Translations under genes and position numbers: made by a program
In this document: positions 1 to 10,263 of the stretch, one piece after another
How positions within the stretch are numbered: the first letter of the stretch is position 1
Layout: each line of letters opens with the position of its first letter
From: a virus
Taxonomy: Duplodnaviria; Heunggongvirae; Uroviricota; Caudoviricetes
Direction: 5' to 3' (one strand)
IMG/VR virus record: IMGVR_UViG_3300029288_000059
Span: 32,001-96,000 of that record
Length of the DNA: 64,000 nt
Notes under the pieces: model-generated
Seen by the model: the letters and a program-made list of their open reading frames with translations, nothing else
What the model was told of the DNA's origin: nothing
Database searches by the model: none

Positions 1-3
1 TTA

Positions 4-660
4 GTGGCTGCATTTGTAACATCGTCTAATAGTCATAGTTATTGTGTTTATAATATAAATGATGTAAGTTGGACGATTTCAACGGGGCTAGTGAAAAGTA
101 TTACAACTACAACTTATAATAGAAAACCAAGTGTTTCATATGATTCTATACAAGGTAAGTTACTATTCTCGATATCTAATACAACAGGGAATAATATCCT
201 TTACACTGGTACAGTATTAGCTACGACTTGTACATTAACTCAAACTCCATCAGTAACAATACCACCTTGTTTTCAAATTGAGTTTGACCCGAATGTTGGT
301 AAATTTTATTATATGACAACTTCAAATCAAGGATATATAGTCACTATAAGTGGTAGTGACGCGGTAGTAGGTAATTATAATACTACTTCACGCATTGTTA
401 ATTCACAAGCAACAATAAGATACAATACAGTATATTCAAAGATTGAAATAGGTTATACATTAACTAATGGGTTTGCTGTTTGTAAAGTTGATTTATCGGG
501 TACTACTCCATTGTATTTAGATGAACAAACAGTTATATTGGAAAGTAGTACCACTTATGCAACAGTACTATCGGTTACAAGTAATGGAATATTAGTAGCG
601 TATAATCCATCTGTTGCGGTTGCTGGTGGACATATAAAATCTAAAATATTAAGTATATAA
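4..660 (+). CDS. C-terminal part of a probable virion/tail protein (5' end likely outside window)
   Basis: Ser/Thr/Val-rich, beta-strand-like ORF open from the window edge, next to tail genes. Confidence 0.4.
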   Translation: MAAFVTSSNSHSYCVYNINDVSWTISTGLVKSITTTTYNRKPSVSYDSIQGKLLFSISNTTGNNILYTGTVLATTCTLTQTPSVTIPPCFQIEFDPNVGKFYYMTTSNQGYIVTISGSDAVVGNYNTTSRIVNSQATIRYNTVYSKIEIGYTLTNGFAVCKVDLSGTTPLYLDEQTVILESSTTYATVLSVTSNGILVAYNPSVAVAGGHIKSKILSI

Positions 661-671
661 TATTGTGAATT

Positions 672-699
672 AAATAGGTGAGATAATACTCACCTATTT
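672..699. terminator. Bidirectional intrinsic terminator
   Basis: AAATAGGTGAG-ATAATA-CTCACCTATTT hairpin between convergent genes. Confidence 0.7.
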
Positions 700-939
700 C
701 TTCATAGCACGATTGCGTTCAGTTATAAGATAATTATAGGCCTTAATAATATTAAGCCTATCTTCGGACGACATATTCCATACTTCATCCCACGAGACAA
801 TGCCATCTAATATAACAACCATTTTAGCGATTTCTTCTCTCATGTCTTCTGACTGTTTTTCTAATTCCATAATATACTGTTGAATTTCCTCATCAGTATA
901 CGTCAGAAGTTTTATACGAAAAAAGATGATGGGTCCCAC
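694..939 (-). CDS. Tail/baseplate assembly chaperone, downstream part (gp51-like or 'T' frame), probably reached by -1 frameshift
   Basis: Overlaps the end of 912..1754 in the -1 frame across T-TTT-TTC; W-x-E-V-W-N-M-S-x-x-x-R motif typical of small tail chaperone ORFs. Confidence 0.55.
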   Translation of the reverse strand: MGPIIFFRIKLLTYTDEEIQQYIMELEKQSEDMREEIAKMVVILDGIVSWDEVWNMSSEDRLNIIKAYNYLITERNRAMKK

Positions 940-1754
940 TTCATATCATTAATATCCCATTTGTGTTTGCATTCTACACATTCACAAACAGCATCTTTAA
1001 CGATTCCAATAGTTGCCATTTTACTAATCATACCATGTAGTTTATCCATAGTAGCTTTATCTAAGTCTAAGATGAACTCCTTGATATGTTCTTTATCTAT
1101 AACAATATCTTCTTCCGGAGTTACAATCTTTTCAATACTGGATAATATAGTTGTTAATTTGATATCCTGTAACGTTTCAAATACTTCTTCAAATTGTTTA
1201 TATTTGTCATCACTTGATGTAACGACATCCTCGTTTATATGTTTTAGTAATCTTTGTTGAAGAAATGTTTTTGTATTGTTATCCATATCTTCTTTAAATG
1301 AACGAGGTTGACAATAAATTTGTACACCATCATCGGTCTCCACAATATAATCATCCGTGAAATATTTAGTTTGGTCTAATATTGCCCGTATACTAAACGT
1401 CTGTTGTTGTTCTTTCTTACATTCAGGACAATTAACTTTAACAATAAATTCATCACCACGGGAGGCAAATTTAATAGCTAATAACAAGGCTTCTACGTCA
1501 TTGGCTTTTAATTGAGAGGGATCAACAATCTCAGGTACACATGAATGTATAATATCAATAATTGCCTGTCCTGATATCAATGCGTCAGGACTATTGAGTT
1601 CTAATTCGTCTTGTGTAGTCATAGCCTTAACATAGATTGCATTATCAATCGTATGGGAACTTAAAAAATCTTCTTTATACCAACGATTCATGGTAGGTAA
1701 TTTGATTGATATTTTGTTCTGTCTGAAATGTTTTTTTAGTGGGTTTTCACTCAT
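912..1754 (-). CDS. Baseplate hub assembly protein / tail chaperone (T4 gp26/gp51-like)
   Basis: NPLKKHFRQ..LP, MTTQDEL, LLLAIK.AS.G, two CxxC pairs, C-terminal SFFV; late promoter upstream. Confidence 0.7.
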   Translation of the reverse strand: MSENPLKKHFRQNKISIKLPTMNRWYKEDFLSSHTIDNAIYVKAMTTQDELELNSPDALISGQAIIDIIHSCVPEIVDPSQLKANDVEALLLAIKFASRGDEFIVKVNCPECKKEQQQTFSIRAILDQTKYFTDDYIVETDDGVQIYCQPRSFKEDMDNNTKTFLQQRLLKHINEDVVTSSDDKYKQFEEVFETLQDIKLTTILSSIEKIVTPEEDIVIDKEHIKEFILDLDKATMDKLHGMISKMATIGIVKDAVCECVECKHKWDINDMKWDPSSFFV

Positions 1755-1784
1755 CTTAATACCTCTTTAAATTCCGTATCTTCT

Positions 1785-1800
1785 TATATTTATAAATATA
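1785..1800. promoter_or_regulatory. Bidirectional T4-type late promoter
   Basis: Perfect palindrome TATATTTATAAATATA contains TATAAATA on both strands between divergent genes. Confidence 0.75.
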
Positions 1801-1818
1801 GAAAACGGGAGTTTTACT

Positions 1819-3996
1819 ATGACAGAAACATATGATGCACTAAAGACATATTCGGCTCAAATTGATGTCAAAGGACATTGGTTGACGGAGGAAACGTTTA
1901 AAGAATTCATGTCATTAGTTGATAAGGATAGTACTACTAAGAATAAGAAGAATAATTCATTTGTGGATAGATTTATTAACTCAAATGAAAAATCAAGTGC
2001 TAAAAATAATATAAGTATGAATCAATTATTGGATAAGATGAATAAATCCACTATTGAGATGATTTCAAAGATGCAAAGTATTATGGCTCATGCCTTAAAT
2101 GAAATCAATGACACTATGAATAGTGAGTTATCTAAAAGTGTTAAAGCTAGTAATTATAGTGCGATTATGTCGAATTTTCATAAAGCTATAGAGGCTAGTA
2201 AAGCTGATTTTGGTAAAAAAGAAAACTTAAAAGAGAATGTAGCAGTACAACAACTAGCACAAGTATTCCCTCAATACATGGACAAGATTAATAATTTATA
2301 TAAAGGATTTACTGAGAGTTTTAGTGATATGTCTAATCTTATGAGTAAGATTGATAATCAAAAATATAATAATGATGCACCACGTAATGATTTCTCATCT
2401 ATTGGTGGTGTATTTAAAACAATGGTTATTAATCCAATTATTGATAGCATAAATGTTTTAAATAATTTACGTGATAAAGGTTTGGGGTTTGGTATTACAT
2501 TAGAAAAGACACGATCATTAAATGCTGACCAATTTAGTACAAGTATTACTGAGTTTACTAACTTAACAAAGAATAATGCCGAAACTATAATACGTATGGG
2601 TAGTGGTGGATTAGAACTATTCGGCAATATATTAAAAGAAACTCGTATAAAAGTACAAGGACAATTTTATGGTTTGGGTATGAGTATAGACCAACTCAAT
2701 GAGTACACATCTGATTATTTAGATATTCAAAAGTTACAAGGGAATTTATCGTCTAAGTCTATAAATGACCAAACTACTAGCGCATCTAAATATATTAAAC
2801 AATTAGACCAATTATCACAAGTAACTGGTAAATCAAGGGAACAAATATCAAAAGAATTAAAGGATATTGTTAGTTCCGCCGATGTAACAACGGCAATAAG
2901 GTTATTACCTGAAAACATACAACGTCAAGCATCTGACCAATTTGGTGGGTTTGCAACTATGTTAGGGACGGTTTCTAAAACAGGTGAACAAGTATTTAAA
3001 GAATTATTCACTGCTAATGGATTATTTACACATGATTTATCTCAAAAGTTATTAGCGATTGACCCTGCATTAGCAAAAGTAATTCAACATACGGCACTAA
3101 TGGCTAGGGATGGCAAACTAACACACGAAGAACAAGTTAATGCAATGAATGAGATGAGAAGTATTATTTCCAAATCTCCTAATGCTGCCGCAAACTTAGC
3201 CTTATTGGGTGATGGCGTGGGGTCAGCAGCACAAGTCGTTATGGAATTTAGAGCTAATATGTTGAAATGGAGTGAGACACAATTAGTTGCATCTGAACGT
3301 CAAAATAAAGCAGCGGAAGATGCACAAGCAGCCTCTAATGCTATAACAGCATTAGGACATACATTTCAAAATGCAGTATCGACGTTTGTACTTAAATTGG
3401 GTGGTGGTAATTTAGAAAAGGGTATAGCAGTAGTTAATAGTGCAATTACAGATTTATCTACCCATCTAAATAAGGAGTTAGTTGCTGATATTGATAGTTT
3501 CTTTAAAGCGGTTAGTAATATAGTTAAATCCATTAATTGGTTAGCTGAAAAAATATCGAACCCATTTGGTTCTAGTAAGAAAGAACAACCTAAAATATTA
3601 ACATCACAAGAAAAAACTAAAATGGGTGACGAGGCAATGAAGAAGTTCGATGCTATGTTTGAAAATAGTATTGAAAAAAAACCAACAAACGTATTATCGG
3701 ATTTTGAACAATTTCGAATGGATAACATTGAGAAAACAAAAGCTGAATCATTTGATTTTTCAAAACTCAAACAGTGGAGTAATTCATTTATTGATAGTGT
3801 TAAACCTATGCCGAAATTAGAAACAACTAAAGTTAATAATGGACCAGTAGAACGTAAATTAGATGTTAATGTAAAGACTGATAATACTGATGTTGTTGAT
3901 TCATTATCACAAACTAATAGTCTATTACAAAAGATTGGTGATATGTTCTCATCTAAACATGATAGTGAAAAGTTTATTACTCCTACCTCTCACTAA
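1819..3996 (+). CDS. Tape-measure-like tail protein
   Basis: 725 aa, helical, Ala/Gln/Ser-rich; LSQVTGKSREQI motif; beside the tail chaperone genes. Confidence 0.55.
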   Translation: MTETYDALKTYSAQIDVKGHWLTEETFKEFMSLVDKDSTTKNKKNNSFVDRFINSNEKSSAKNNISMNQLLDKMNKSTIEMISKMQSIMAHALNEINDTMNSELSKSVKASNYSAIMSNFHKAIEASKADFGKKENLKENVAVQQLAQVFPQYMDKINNLYKGFTESFSDMSNLMSKIDNQKYNNDAPRNDFSSIGGVFKTMVINPIIDSINVLNNLRDKGLGFGITLEKTRSLNADQFSTSITEFTNLTKNNAETIIRMGSGGLELFGNILKETRIKVQGQFYGLGMSIDQLNEYTSDYLDIQKLQGNLSSKSINDQTTSASKYIKQLDQLSQVTGKSREQISKELKDIVSSADVTTAIRLLPENIQRQASDQFGGFATMLGTVSKTGEQVFKELFTANGLFTHDLSQKLLAIDPALAKVIQHTALMARDGKLTHEEQVNAMNEMRSIISKSPNAAANLALLGDGVGSAAQVVMEFRANMLKWSETQLVASERQNKAAEDAQAASNAITALGHTFQNAVSTFVLKLGGGNLEKGIAVVNSAITDLSTHLNKELVADIDSFFKAVSNIVKSINWLAEKISNPFGSSKKEQPKILTSQEKTKMGDEAMKKFDAMFENSIEKKPTNVLSDFEQFRMDNIEKTKAESFDFSKLKQWSNSFIDSVKPMPKLETTKVNNGPVERKLDVNVKTDNTDVVDSLSQTNSLLQKIGDMFSSKHDSEKFITPTSH

Positions 3997-4068
3997 TGTT
4001 AATTATAATCAACATTATCATTTATTGGGTTGTTTCAACTCAACATTTAATTACTACTATGATGATAT

Positions 4069-4076
4069 TATAAATA
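4069..4076 (+). promoter_or_regulatory. Late promoter for portal operon
   Basis: TATAAATA about 30 nt upstream of ATG, followed by AGGTGG RBS. Confidence 0.7.
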
Positions 4077-4104
4077 TAGTTATATTTTAATTATAGGTGG
4101 TTTA

Positions 4105-5841
4105 ATGGGTAGTTGGCAGCGACATATGAAATTAGAGGACACAACACCTAAGATGGGTGTTAAACCTAATAGTCACTCTAATGCCTTTTCCGGAGTATCG
4201 GGTTCATATTTGAGTAATGTTTATAGTGGTTCGCCCGGACGTATATCACGTTATGCACAATACGACCTAATGGAGTCAGACCCCGAAATTGCAACAGGAT
4301 TAGATATTATTGCCGATTTTTGTTCACAAAATTTAAAAGAAGATGATTTCGTACCTGTTAATTTAAGATTTAATTCTAGTAGTACTCGTATTGAAATTGA
4401 AACATTTGAATCTAAATTAACCGATTGGGTACATTTAAATGATATGGATGTACGGTCATTTTATTGGTTTAGAACACTGGCAAAATATGGTGACTTATTC
4501 TTCATTCGAGACCCTGAAACTTTTGAGTTATATGATGTAGACGTGTTTAATGTTGAAAATGCCATAGTTGACCCAAATAAAGGTAAAGAGATATTAGCAT
4601 ACTCTATTCGTAATGTTGATTTAAATGTAGCTAATAAAACCGCCGTTAGAATTGATGGTAGTCTGACTAATTATAATATGCCTGGTGTTGGTATGATTAA
4701 TGGTTGGAGTGGTACACAAAATAATACCAACTATGCAGCCAATATTGCTGATGCTAATGGTACTGCTGGTAATGTTGAAGCTACGACTACATTAGTTGAT
4801 GCCAAACACGTAATCCATATAGCATTAGGTTCAATTCATAGTTCACAGAGTTGGCCATTCGGAGAATCAATCCTTAATAATGTATTTAAAACATATAAAC
4901 AAAAAGAATTACTCGAAGATGCATTATTGATATATCGTATACAACGAGCCCCCGAACGTAGAGTATTCAAAATCTTTACAGGGCAGATGAATGCACAAAA
5001 AGCATCCGCTGTATTAGAACGTGTTAAGAATGAACAATATCAACAAAGATTACCCGTATCGGGTAATAACGGACAACCATTTACTATGATGGATGCATCA
5101 TATAATCCTATGTCTATACAGGAAGATTTTTACTTTTCAATGGATGAAGATGGACATGGTTCTACTGTTGAAACTTTACCGGGTGGTAATAATTTAGATA
5201 GTATTGATGATTTAAAGAACTGGAATAATAAACTAATAAGGGCTATGAAAATACCAGTATCATATCTACCAACTGGACCTGGGGATGGTTCGCAATCCTT
5301 TACTGATGGCAAACCTGGACAAGTATTAGTACAAGAATTGAGATTCAACAAGTATTGTCAACGTATTCAACGTGTAGTTGGTAAACAATTAGATATTGAA
5401 TTCAAAGTATATCTTAAACAGAAAAATTATCAATTCGATGCTGATATATTTGATGTAGTATTTAATGCCCCAATGAACTTTGCAGAATATACAATGAATG
5501 AATTATTAAGTTCTAAGATTAATAACTTCACTCAATTAGAAAATATACCATATATTTCAAAACGTTTTGCATTACAAGAGTTCTTAAAATTAACACCCGC
5601 ACAAATTAAAGAAAATGAACGCATGGTATTAGAAGAGAATGCGGATAAGAGTAAGAAGACAACACATGGTGTAAGTGGTGGATTTGATGATGGTATGGGT
5701 ATGTCGTCCGTTGGTATAACCCCTGATGATTTACAAGGTGATGAGTTTGATGGAGAACAAGATACTGGTGATACAAGTATGGGTATAGATACTCCCGAAG
5801 AGCCTGAACCAAGCGAAGAACCAACAGAAGGTGAATTATAA
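4105..5841 (+). CDS. Portal vertex protein (T4 gp20-like)
   Basis: YDLMESDPEI, EDALLIYRIQRAPERRVF, QEDFYF, VETLPGG, ELRFNKY motifs; acidic C-terminal tail. Confidence 0.92.
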   Translation: MGSWQRHMKLEDTTPKMGVKPNSHSNAFSGVSGSYLSNVYSGSPGRISRYAQYDLMESDPEIATGLDIIADFCSQNLKEDDFVPVNLRFNSSSTRIEIETFESKLTDWVHLNDMDVRSFYWFRTLAKYGDLFFIRDPETFELYDVDVFNVENAIVDPNKGKEILAYSIRNVDLNVANKTAVRIDGSLTNYNMPGVGMINGWSGTQNNTNYAANIADANGTAGNVEATTTLVDAKHVIHIALGSIHSSQSWPFGESILNNVFKTYKQKELLEDALLIYRIQRAPERRVFKIFTGQMNAQKASAVLERVKNEQYQQRLPVSGNNGQPFTMMDASYNPMSIQEDFYFSMDEDGHGSTVETLPGGNNLDSIDDLKNWNNKLIRAMKIPVSYLPTGPGDGSQSFTDGKPGQVLVQELRFNKYCQRIQRVVGKQLDIEFKVYLKQKNYQFDADIFDVVFNAPMNFAEYTMNELLSSKINNFTQLENIPYISKRFALQEFLKLTPAQIKENERMVLEENADKSKKTTHGVSGGFDDGMGMSSVGITPDDLQGDEFDGEQDTGDTSMGIDTPEEPEPSEEPTEGEL

Positions 5842-6062
5842 TGAAAGAACGTTATAGTGACGCGGATGATGCTAATTCTTTATATGTACCCGAAGATGGT
5901 AATAAAGAATATGAATTAACGGATACACGCAAACCATTATTCACTTTAAAACATTTGAATAAATTAAGACGTATGCGTGATATTAAACGTAAGAATTATT
6001 ATAAAGATATGGAAGTTATCCAAGCCGTTTATGGTAAAGAGGATAATGAGGAAGAATTATGA
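5841..6062 (+). CDS. Small head-module protein downstream of portal
   Basis: Coupled to portal stop; DTRKP.TLKHLNKLRRMR motif. Confidence 0.55.
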   Translation: MKERYSDADDANSLYVPEDGNKEYELTDTRKPLFTLKHLNKLRRMRDIKRKNYYKDMEVIQAVYGKEDNEEEL

Positions 6063-6256
6063 GTAATGATGAACAATATGTCTTAATGGGTAAATTAGAA
6101 CAATTACAAGACCGTTTGTATAAGTGTTATGCTACACCTAATACAAGACGTTTTGTCCCTGTTATACAAGCCGAAATTGAAAATATTAAAGCTAAATTGG
6201 ACGATACGAAAATACCTACTAACGATAATCCAGTTTTAATTGATACATCAAAATAA
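6059..6256 (+). CDS. Hypothetical protein
   Basis: ATGA-coupled ORF. Confidence 0.5.
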   Translation: MSNDEQYVLMGKLEQLQDRLYKCYATPNTRRFVPVIQAEIENIKAKLDDTKIPTNDNPVLIDTSK

Positions 6257-6394
6257 ATAAGTATTGACTTTATATTATACATAAGTTATAAATAAAGTAA
6301 TATTTTTATAAGAATCACATAAAAGGGTATTGACGATACTCGTGAATCGTATTATGTATGTTTGTAGTTGTACAAGTATATAGGAATATAAAGC

Positions 6395-7582
6395 ATGATT
6401 ATTAACAAGGATAACGTTGCATCATTTATAGGTCAAACCATTACAGAACCTGTTGAGATTGATGGTTCAAGTTGGAACTTAGAACTTGATAAGAACGAAG
6501 TTAAAATCTTTAAATCTTTATCTGAAAAAGAATTAGAAAATAATAAACTCGTCCCAGTATCCAAATATAATGAAGATAAGGGTTTAGGATTATCTAAAGA
6601 AGTATTATCTAAATATGATAGATTTGATGTAGTTGAAGAATTGGTTATTTTTTCTAAAATGTCTAAAGAAGAAGTAGCTAACTATGGTAAGATTTTCCTT
6701 CGTGGTATTAACTTTAAAAATAAAGTTAAATTTATTAATATGTCTGCTGAAAATCGTAAAGTGGTTGTTGTCGAAGATTGTTCATTCAAAAGTATGAACT
6801 GGACAAAAGATAACGTATTTTGGTTGACATTACGTGGTAATGTCACAACAAATAAGTTTAATATGCAACAAGAAACAATTCTTAAACTAGATAGTTGTAA
6901 ATTTACTTGTCCAACTCTAAACTTAATTCAATTGTGTCATCTTTATTTAGAAAATAGTACAATTGATTGTAAAGAATTTAAGATGAATGATTCAAGTGTA
7001 AGTCATCCAATGTTGACTTATATGACGATGATTGATTCAATGATTAATTGTGAGACTGATATTAACTTCTCACAAGTTAGGTTCGTTAATGAAGTATGGC
7101 CAATGTTAAACGCTCCTGCCGTACTGTTACATAAATCATGTATGCATAAAGATTGGAAAATTTCAATCCGTTCTGATTTTAAAGTACCCGTTATTAAGGG
7201 GTCTACTATATCAATCCAATTTGAAGACGGCGTTAAGTTTGACAAATTGTCACTTACAGATTCTGTTTGTGTCGTTAATGACAATGTTAATATTGACACA
7301 GTTGACTTAAATGATTGTTATTTTGCAAGTGATGACCATTATGTATTGAATTGTGATGAATTCTTAACTGATGATGTATTATTTGTTGATTTACATCTTG
7401 CCCAATTTACAAAGGAATCAGTTAAAGATAAACACGTTATCAACGGCAGACGTGTAGATGTGTTCAAAACTAACTGTACAATGGCAACTGAATTAGATAG
7501 CATTACTATTAATGCTACCGAGTCATTGTTTATTAATACATCATCCCGTATCAGTGAAGATGGACATATTTTGGTTTCCTAA
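6395..7582 (+). CDS. Hypothetical protein (possible beta-solenoid)
   Basis: 395-aa ORF with upstream TTGAC promoters, AGGA RBS and its own terminator. Confidence 0.6.
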   Translation: MIINKDNVASFIGQTITEPVEIDGSSWNLELDKNEVKIFKSLSEKELENNKLVPVSKYNEDKGLGLSKEVLSKYDRFDVVEELVIFSKMSKEEVANYGKIFLRGINFKNKVKFINMSAENRKVVVVEDCSFKSMNWTKDNVFWLTLRGNVTTNKFNMQQETILKLDSCKFTCPTLNLIQLCHLYLENSTIDCKEFKMNDSSVSHPMLTYMTMIDSMINCETDINFSQVRFVNEVWPMLNAPAVLLHKSCMHKDWKISIRSDFKVPVIKGSTISIQFEDGVKFDKLSLTDSVCVVNDNVNIDTVDLNDCYFASDDHYVLNCDEFLTDDVLFVDLHLAQFTKESVKDKHVINGRRVDVFKTNCTMATELDSITINATESLFINTSSRISEDGHILVS

Positions 7583-7587
7583 TATAA

Positions 7588-7613
7588 TAAGGGTTGGATA
7601 ATACCAACCCTTT
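7588..7613 (+). terminator. Intrinsic terminator
   Basis: AAAGGGTTGG-ATAATA-CCAACCCTTT hairpin. Confidence 0.7.
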
Positions 7614-7631
7614 AATTTTAAGGTTTATATT

Positions 7632-7820
7632 ATGGTTGATATAGTAGAACGCGAAGACGTATTGGTAGCACTAGATGCGGCCAAAGATAAAGGATTGGAT
7701 ATATCTTATTGGGATATGGAATATATTTTACAACGTAGCACTCGTATTTTGGATACTCGTGAATTAGAACGCGAAGTTGACCGGTTGAACGACCGTATTG
7801 AATATTTAGAAGAACATTAA
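7632..7820 (+). CDS. Hypothetical protein
   Basis: 62-aa ORF with AAGG RBS and coiled-coil C-terminus. Confidence 0.5.
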   Translation: MVDIVEREDVLVALDAAKDKGLDISYWDMEYILQRSTRILDTRELEREVDRLNDRIEYLEEH

Positions 7821-7888
7821 TAGCTATTGACTCTTAGTTATAATTATGTTATTACTAATGTTATGTAATTACAACTTAGGAGATTAAC

Positions 7889-8032
7889 ATGATTAAAATT
7901 ACAGCTAATAATGTTCATACATTCAAAGGTAAGACATTAAATGATACCGTTATCATTGATGGTAATTCCTGAAAGTTGGTCAAATTGGTTTGGCACATTT
8001 ACAAAGCCAACCACTACAAAATAAAAATATAA
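7889..8032 (+). pseudogene. Truncated paralog of the 6395 gene N-terminus
   Basis: MIKITANNVHTFKGKTLNDTVIIDGNS*KL aligns with MIINKDNVASFIGQTITEPVEIDGSSWNL; TGA at 7970-7972 replaces Trp; AGGAG RBS retained. Confidence 0.6.
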
Positions 8033-8040
8033 TTACTTAT

Positions 8041-8077
8041 AAAATAGTGGGAATTAAAAACCCCACTATTTTTTTTT
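8041..8077. terminator. Bidirectional intrinsic terminator
   Basis: AAAATAGTGGG...CCCACTATTTTTTTTT; near-identical copy at 57841. Confidence 0.75.
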
Positions 8078-8079
8078 GA

Positions 8080-10260
8080 TTACTTATTCCATAAACCGAG
8101 TTCTGCTAATCTTTGTGCAGCTGATACACCCATAGCCAAACTATTACCCGATGTATATGATTTCCAGTAAGTTGGTACTTCTGCCCAACTATTATTCTTA
8201 AGTGAATTTAACAATGCCGAACCATTACTTAATGAACCAACATTAGAATATAAACTAACTAATGCACTAAATTGATTTGTTGTAAAATTACATCCAGGTA
8301 ATTGAGTTTGTATCATCTTTTGTGCATAAGTTAAATCTTGTGTATATAATTGTTGTGTTTGCAATGTTGTTAATCCACCACTAGCAAAATTAACAATATT
8401 CCCACCTATTAATACGGTACCAGTCAACAATTCATCTGCCGTTAATGTATGGTCTACACCAATCTTACTAATGCCATTATCCGTATACGTTGTATTAGAA
8501 CCAGTCCCTTTAAGATTAGTTAAGTTTTTAAACACTTCATCGTTATTAGCTACTGATAATTGTGAAACAGGTGTAGTTATTAATGTTTGTGTTGTATCTA
8601 GTGTATAGACTGGTTTATTCTGTGTAGCATCAACTAATTTATAAACACCAGCGGGTTTAATCCCATCAGGACTACCTTTAATAACTTTTGGATAATCTTT
8701 AACAATATCTTTACTATTAGCAACAGTAACAGGAGGCGTTACTGTCTCATTTGGTTTAGGTAATTTACGTTCTTGTGTAGCATGAAGTTTGAATGGTTCA
8801 TGTTGTGGTATTCTACTTACAATCGTATCAGTAGTGGTTTCATTCCATTCCTTACTAGTTGTTTCATATTTGTTATCTTCAAACGTTTGTAATGGTAACG
8901 GTTCTATTGTTTTAGTATCACTTGGAAATGATGTATAAATTTTATCAATATTAGCAGTTGCTTCACTTGTATAATCGGGTAAAGTACTTTCAAGTGTAGG
9001 TGATGGATTTGCAATAGGATAAACAACTGCTGTATGGCAAGGTTTTGCCCCTCCATTTTTATACGTTGAGTAGCTATCTGCAATATAGTCATTAGTAACA
9101 TCTTTACCGTAATAATTAACAGTTTCACCAATAGTGTAGTTGAATACATCACCGCCAATATCGTAAAACACTGTATTATTAACAGTAAGATTATAGTTTA
9201 ACGATGTCTGATAATAATCCCCCGTTGATAGATTATAGTCATGTGTTGATTGAATAGTGATATTATTGTTAGCTTTAACGTTTATATCATTTGATTCTAT
9301 ATTGGTTGTTTCGGTTGCTTTAAGTTTTATATTGTTAGCTTCGACGTTAAACGTGCCATTAGCATAATGATTAATATCACCCTCACTTCTAAATGAAATA
9401 CTTTCTTTAGCATAACAATCAATATTGCCGTCATTGGATAATTCTAACCATGTATTGCCGTCTTTTGTAATACAATAGATGTTACCGTATGTTTCACTTA
9501 ATAATACTTGAGTACCACTTCGTGTTCTAATACGAATTAACTCACCATTACGTTTACCACCATCATGTGCTGGATTTGCCTTACCATCTTTACTAGTATT
9601 AACCTTTTTATCTTTAAACCAACCAGGCATATTTAATTCTTCATCAGTCCAACCGTCATCTAATACGAATTGACTACCTCTTGGCGTTAATATACCCCAA
9701 CAACGGGAAGGTGATTCTCTTCTACTAGAGGATGTTCCACCCCCCCTCAAATAGTCATCCGTTAAACCTTGTTTATTTAACCCAGTCTTTAATGGTTTAT
9801 ATGATTGTGGTTTTTGTTTGGAATTATGTTTATTAACTTCGGTTGCAGCCAATAAATCATCTTGTGTTGTTCCAATACCAGGAACCATTTGATTCATACC
9901 CATATTGGGTACACTTGCAAAATAATACAATTCAAAGTTATTAACTGCTACTTGAGTAAATGCAACCAAAACAATATTACCCTTATCAGGTACAGGAAAC
10001 CATGTGCCATACGATTTTGGACTTTCACTAGAAACATTAGGTTCTAAGTATGGAGTATTACCAAATGACATCGGAGCATAATTGGCATATAACCAATTAC
10101 TAGAATCACTCTTATCATACGGACTTGATAGTAACCAAACTTTAACTATTCCATTATGAGTTTCATCTCTATTATCCATAATCTCAGCTTGATGTATTTT
10201 TGAAGTATCAAATACTGAATTTAATGAACTATACTGTTTTTGTGTTAAATAAGTTGCCAT
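8080..10260 (-). CDS. Baseplate central spike (T4 gp5/VgrG-like) with C-terminal GH24 lysozyme-like domain
   Basis: N-terminal OB fold (DNRD..GIVKVWL, WFPVPDKGNIVLVAF), beta-helix region, C-terminal IG.DH / NQFSALVSL..NVG / RLAE..LW. Confidence 0.75.
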   Translation of the reverse strand: MATYLTQKQYSSLNSVFDTSKIHQAEIMDNRDETHNGIVKVWLLSSPYDKSDSSNWLYANYAPMSFGNTPYLEPNVSSESPKSYGTWFPVPDKGNIVLVAFTQVAVNNFELYYFASVPNMGMNQMVPGIGTTQDDLLAATEVNKHNSKQKPQSYKPLKTGLNKQGLTDDYLRGGGTSSSRRESPSRCWGILTPRGSQFVLDDGWTDEELNMPGWFKDKKVNTSKDGKANPAHDGGKRNGELIRIRTRSGTQVLLSETYGNIYCITKDGNTWLELSNDGNIDCYAKESISFRSEGDINHYANGTFNVEANNIKLKATETTNIESNDINVKANNNITIQSTHDYNLSTGDYYQTSLNYNLTVNNTVFYDIGGDVFNYTIGETVNYYGKDVTNDYIADSYSTYKNGGAKPCHTAVVYPIANPSPTLESTLPDYTSEATANIDKIYTSFPSDTKTIEPLPLQTFEDNKYETTSKEWNETTTDTIVSRIPQHEPFKLHATQERKLPKPNETVTPPVTVANSKDIVKDYPKVIKGSPDGIKPAGVYKLVDATQNKPVYTLDTTQTLITTPVSQLSVANNDEVFKNLTNLKGTGSNTTYTDNGISKIGVDHTLTADELLTGTVLIGGNIVNFASGGLTTLQTQQLYTQDLTYAQKMIQTQLPGCNFTTNQFSALVSLYSNVGSLSNGSALLNSLKNNSWAEVPTYWKSYTSGNSLAMGVSAAQRLAELGLWNK

Positions 10261-10263
10261 AAA

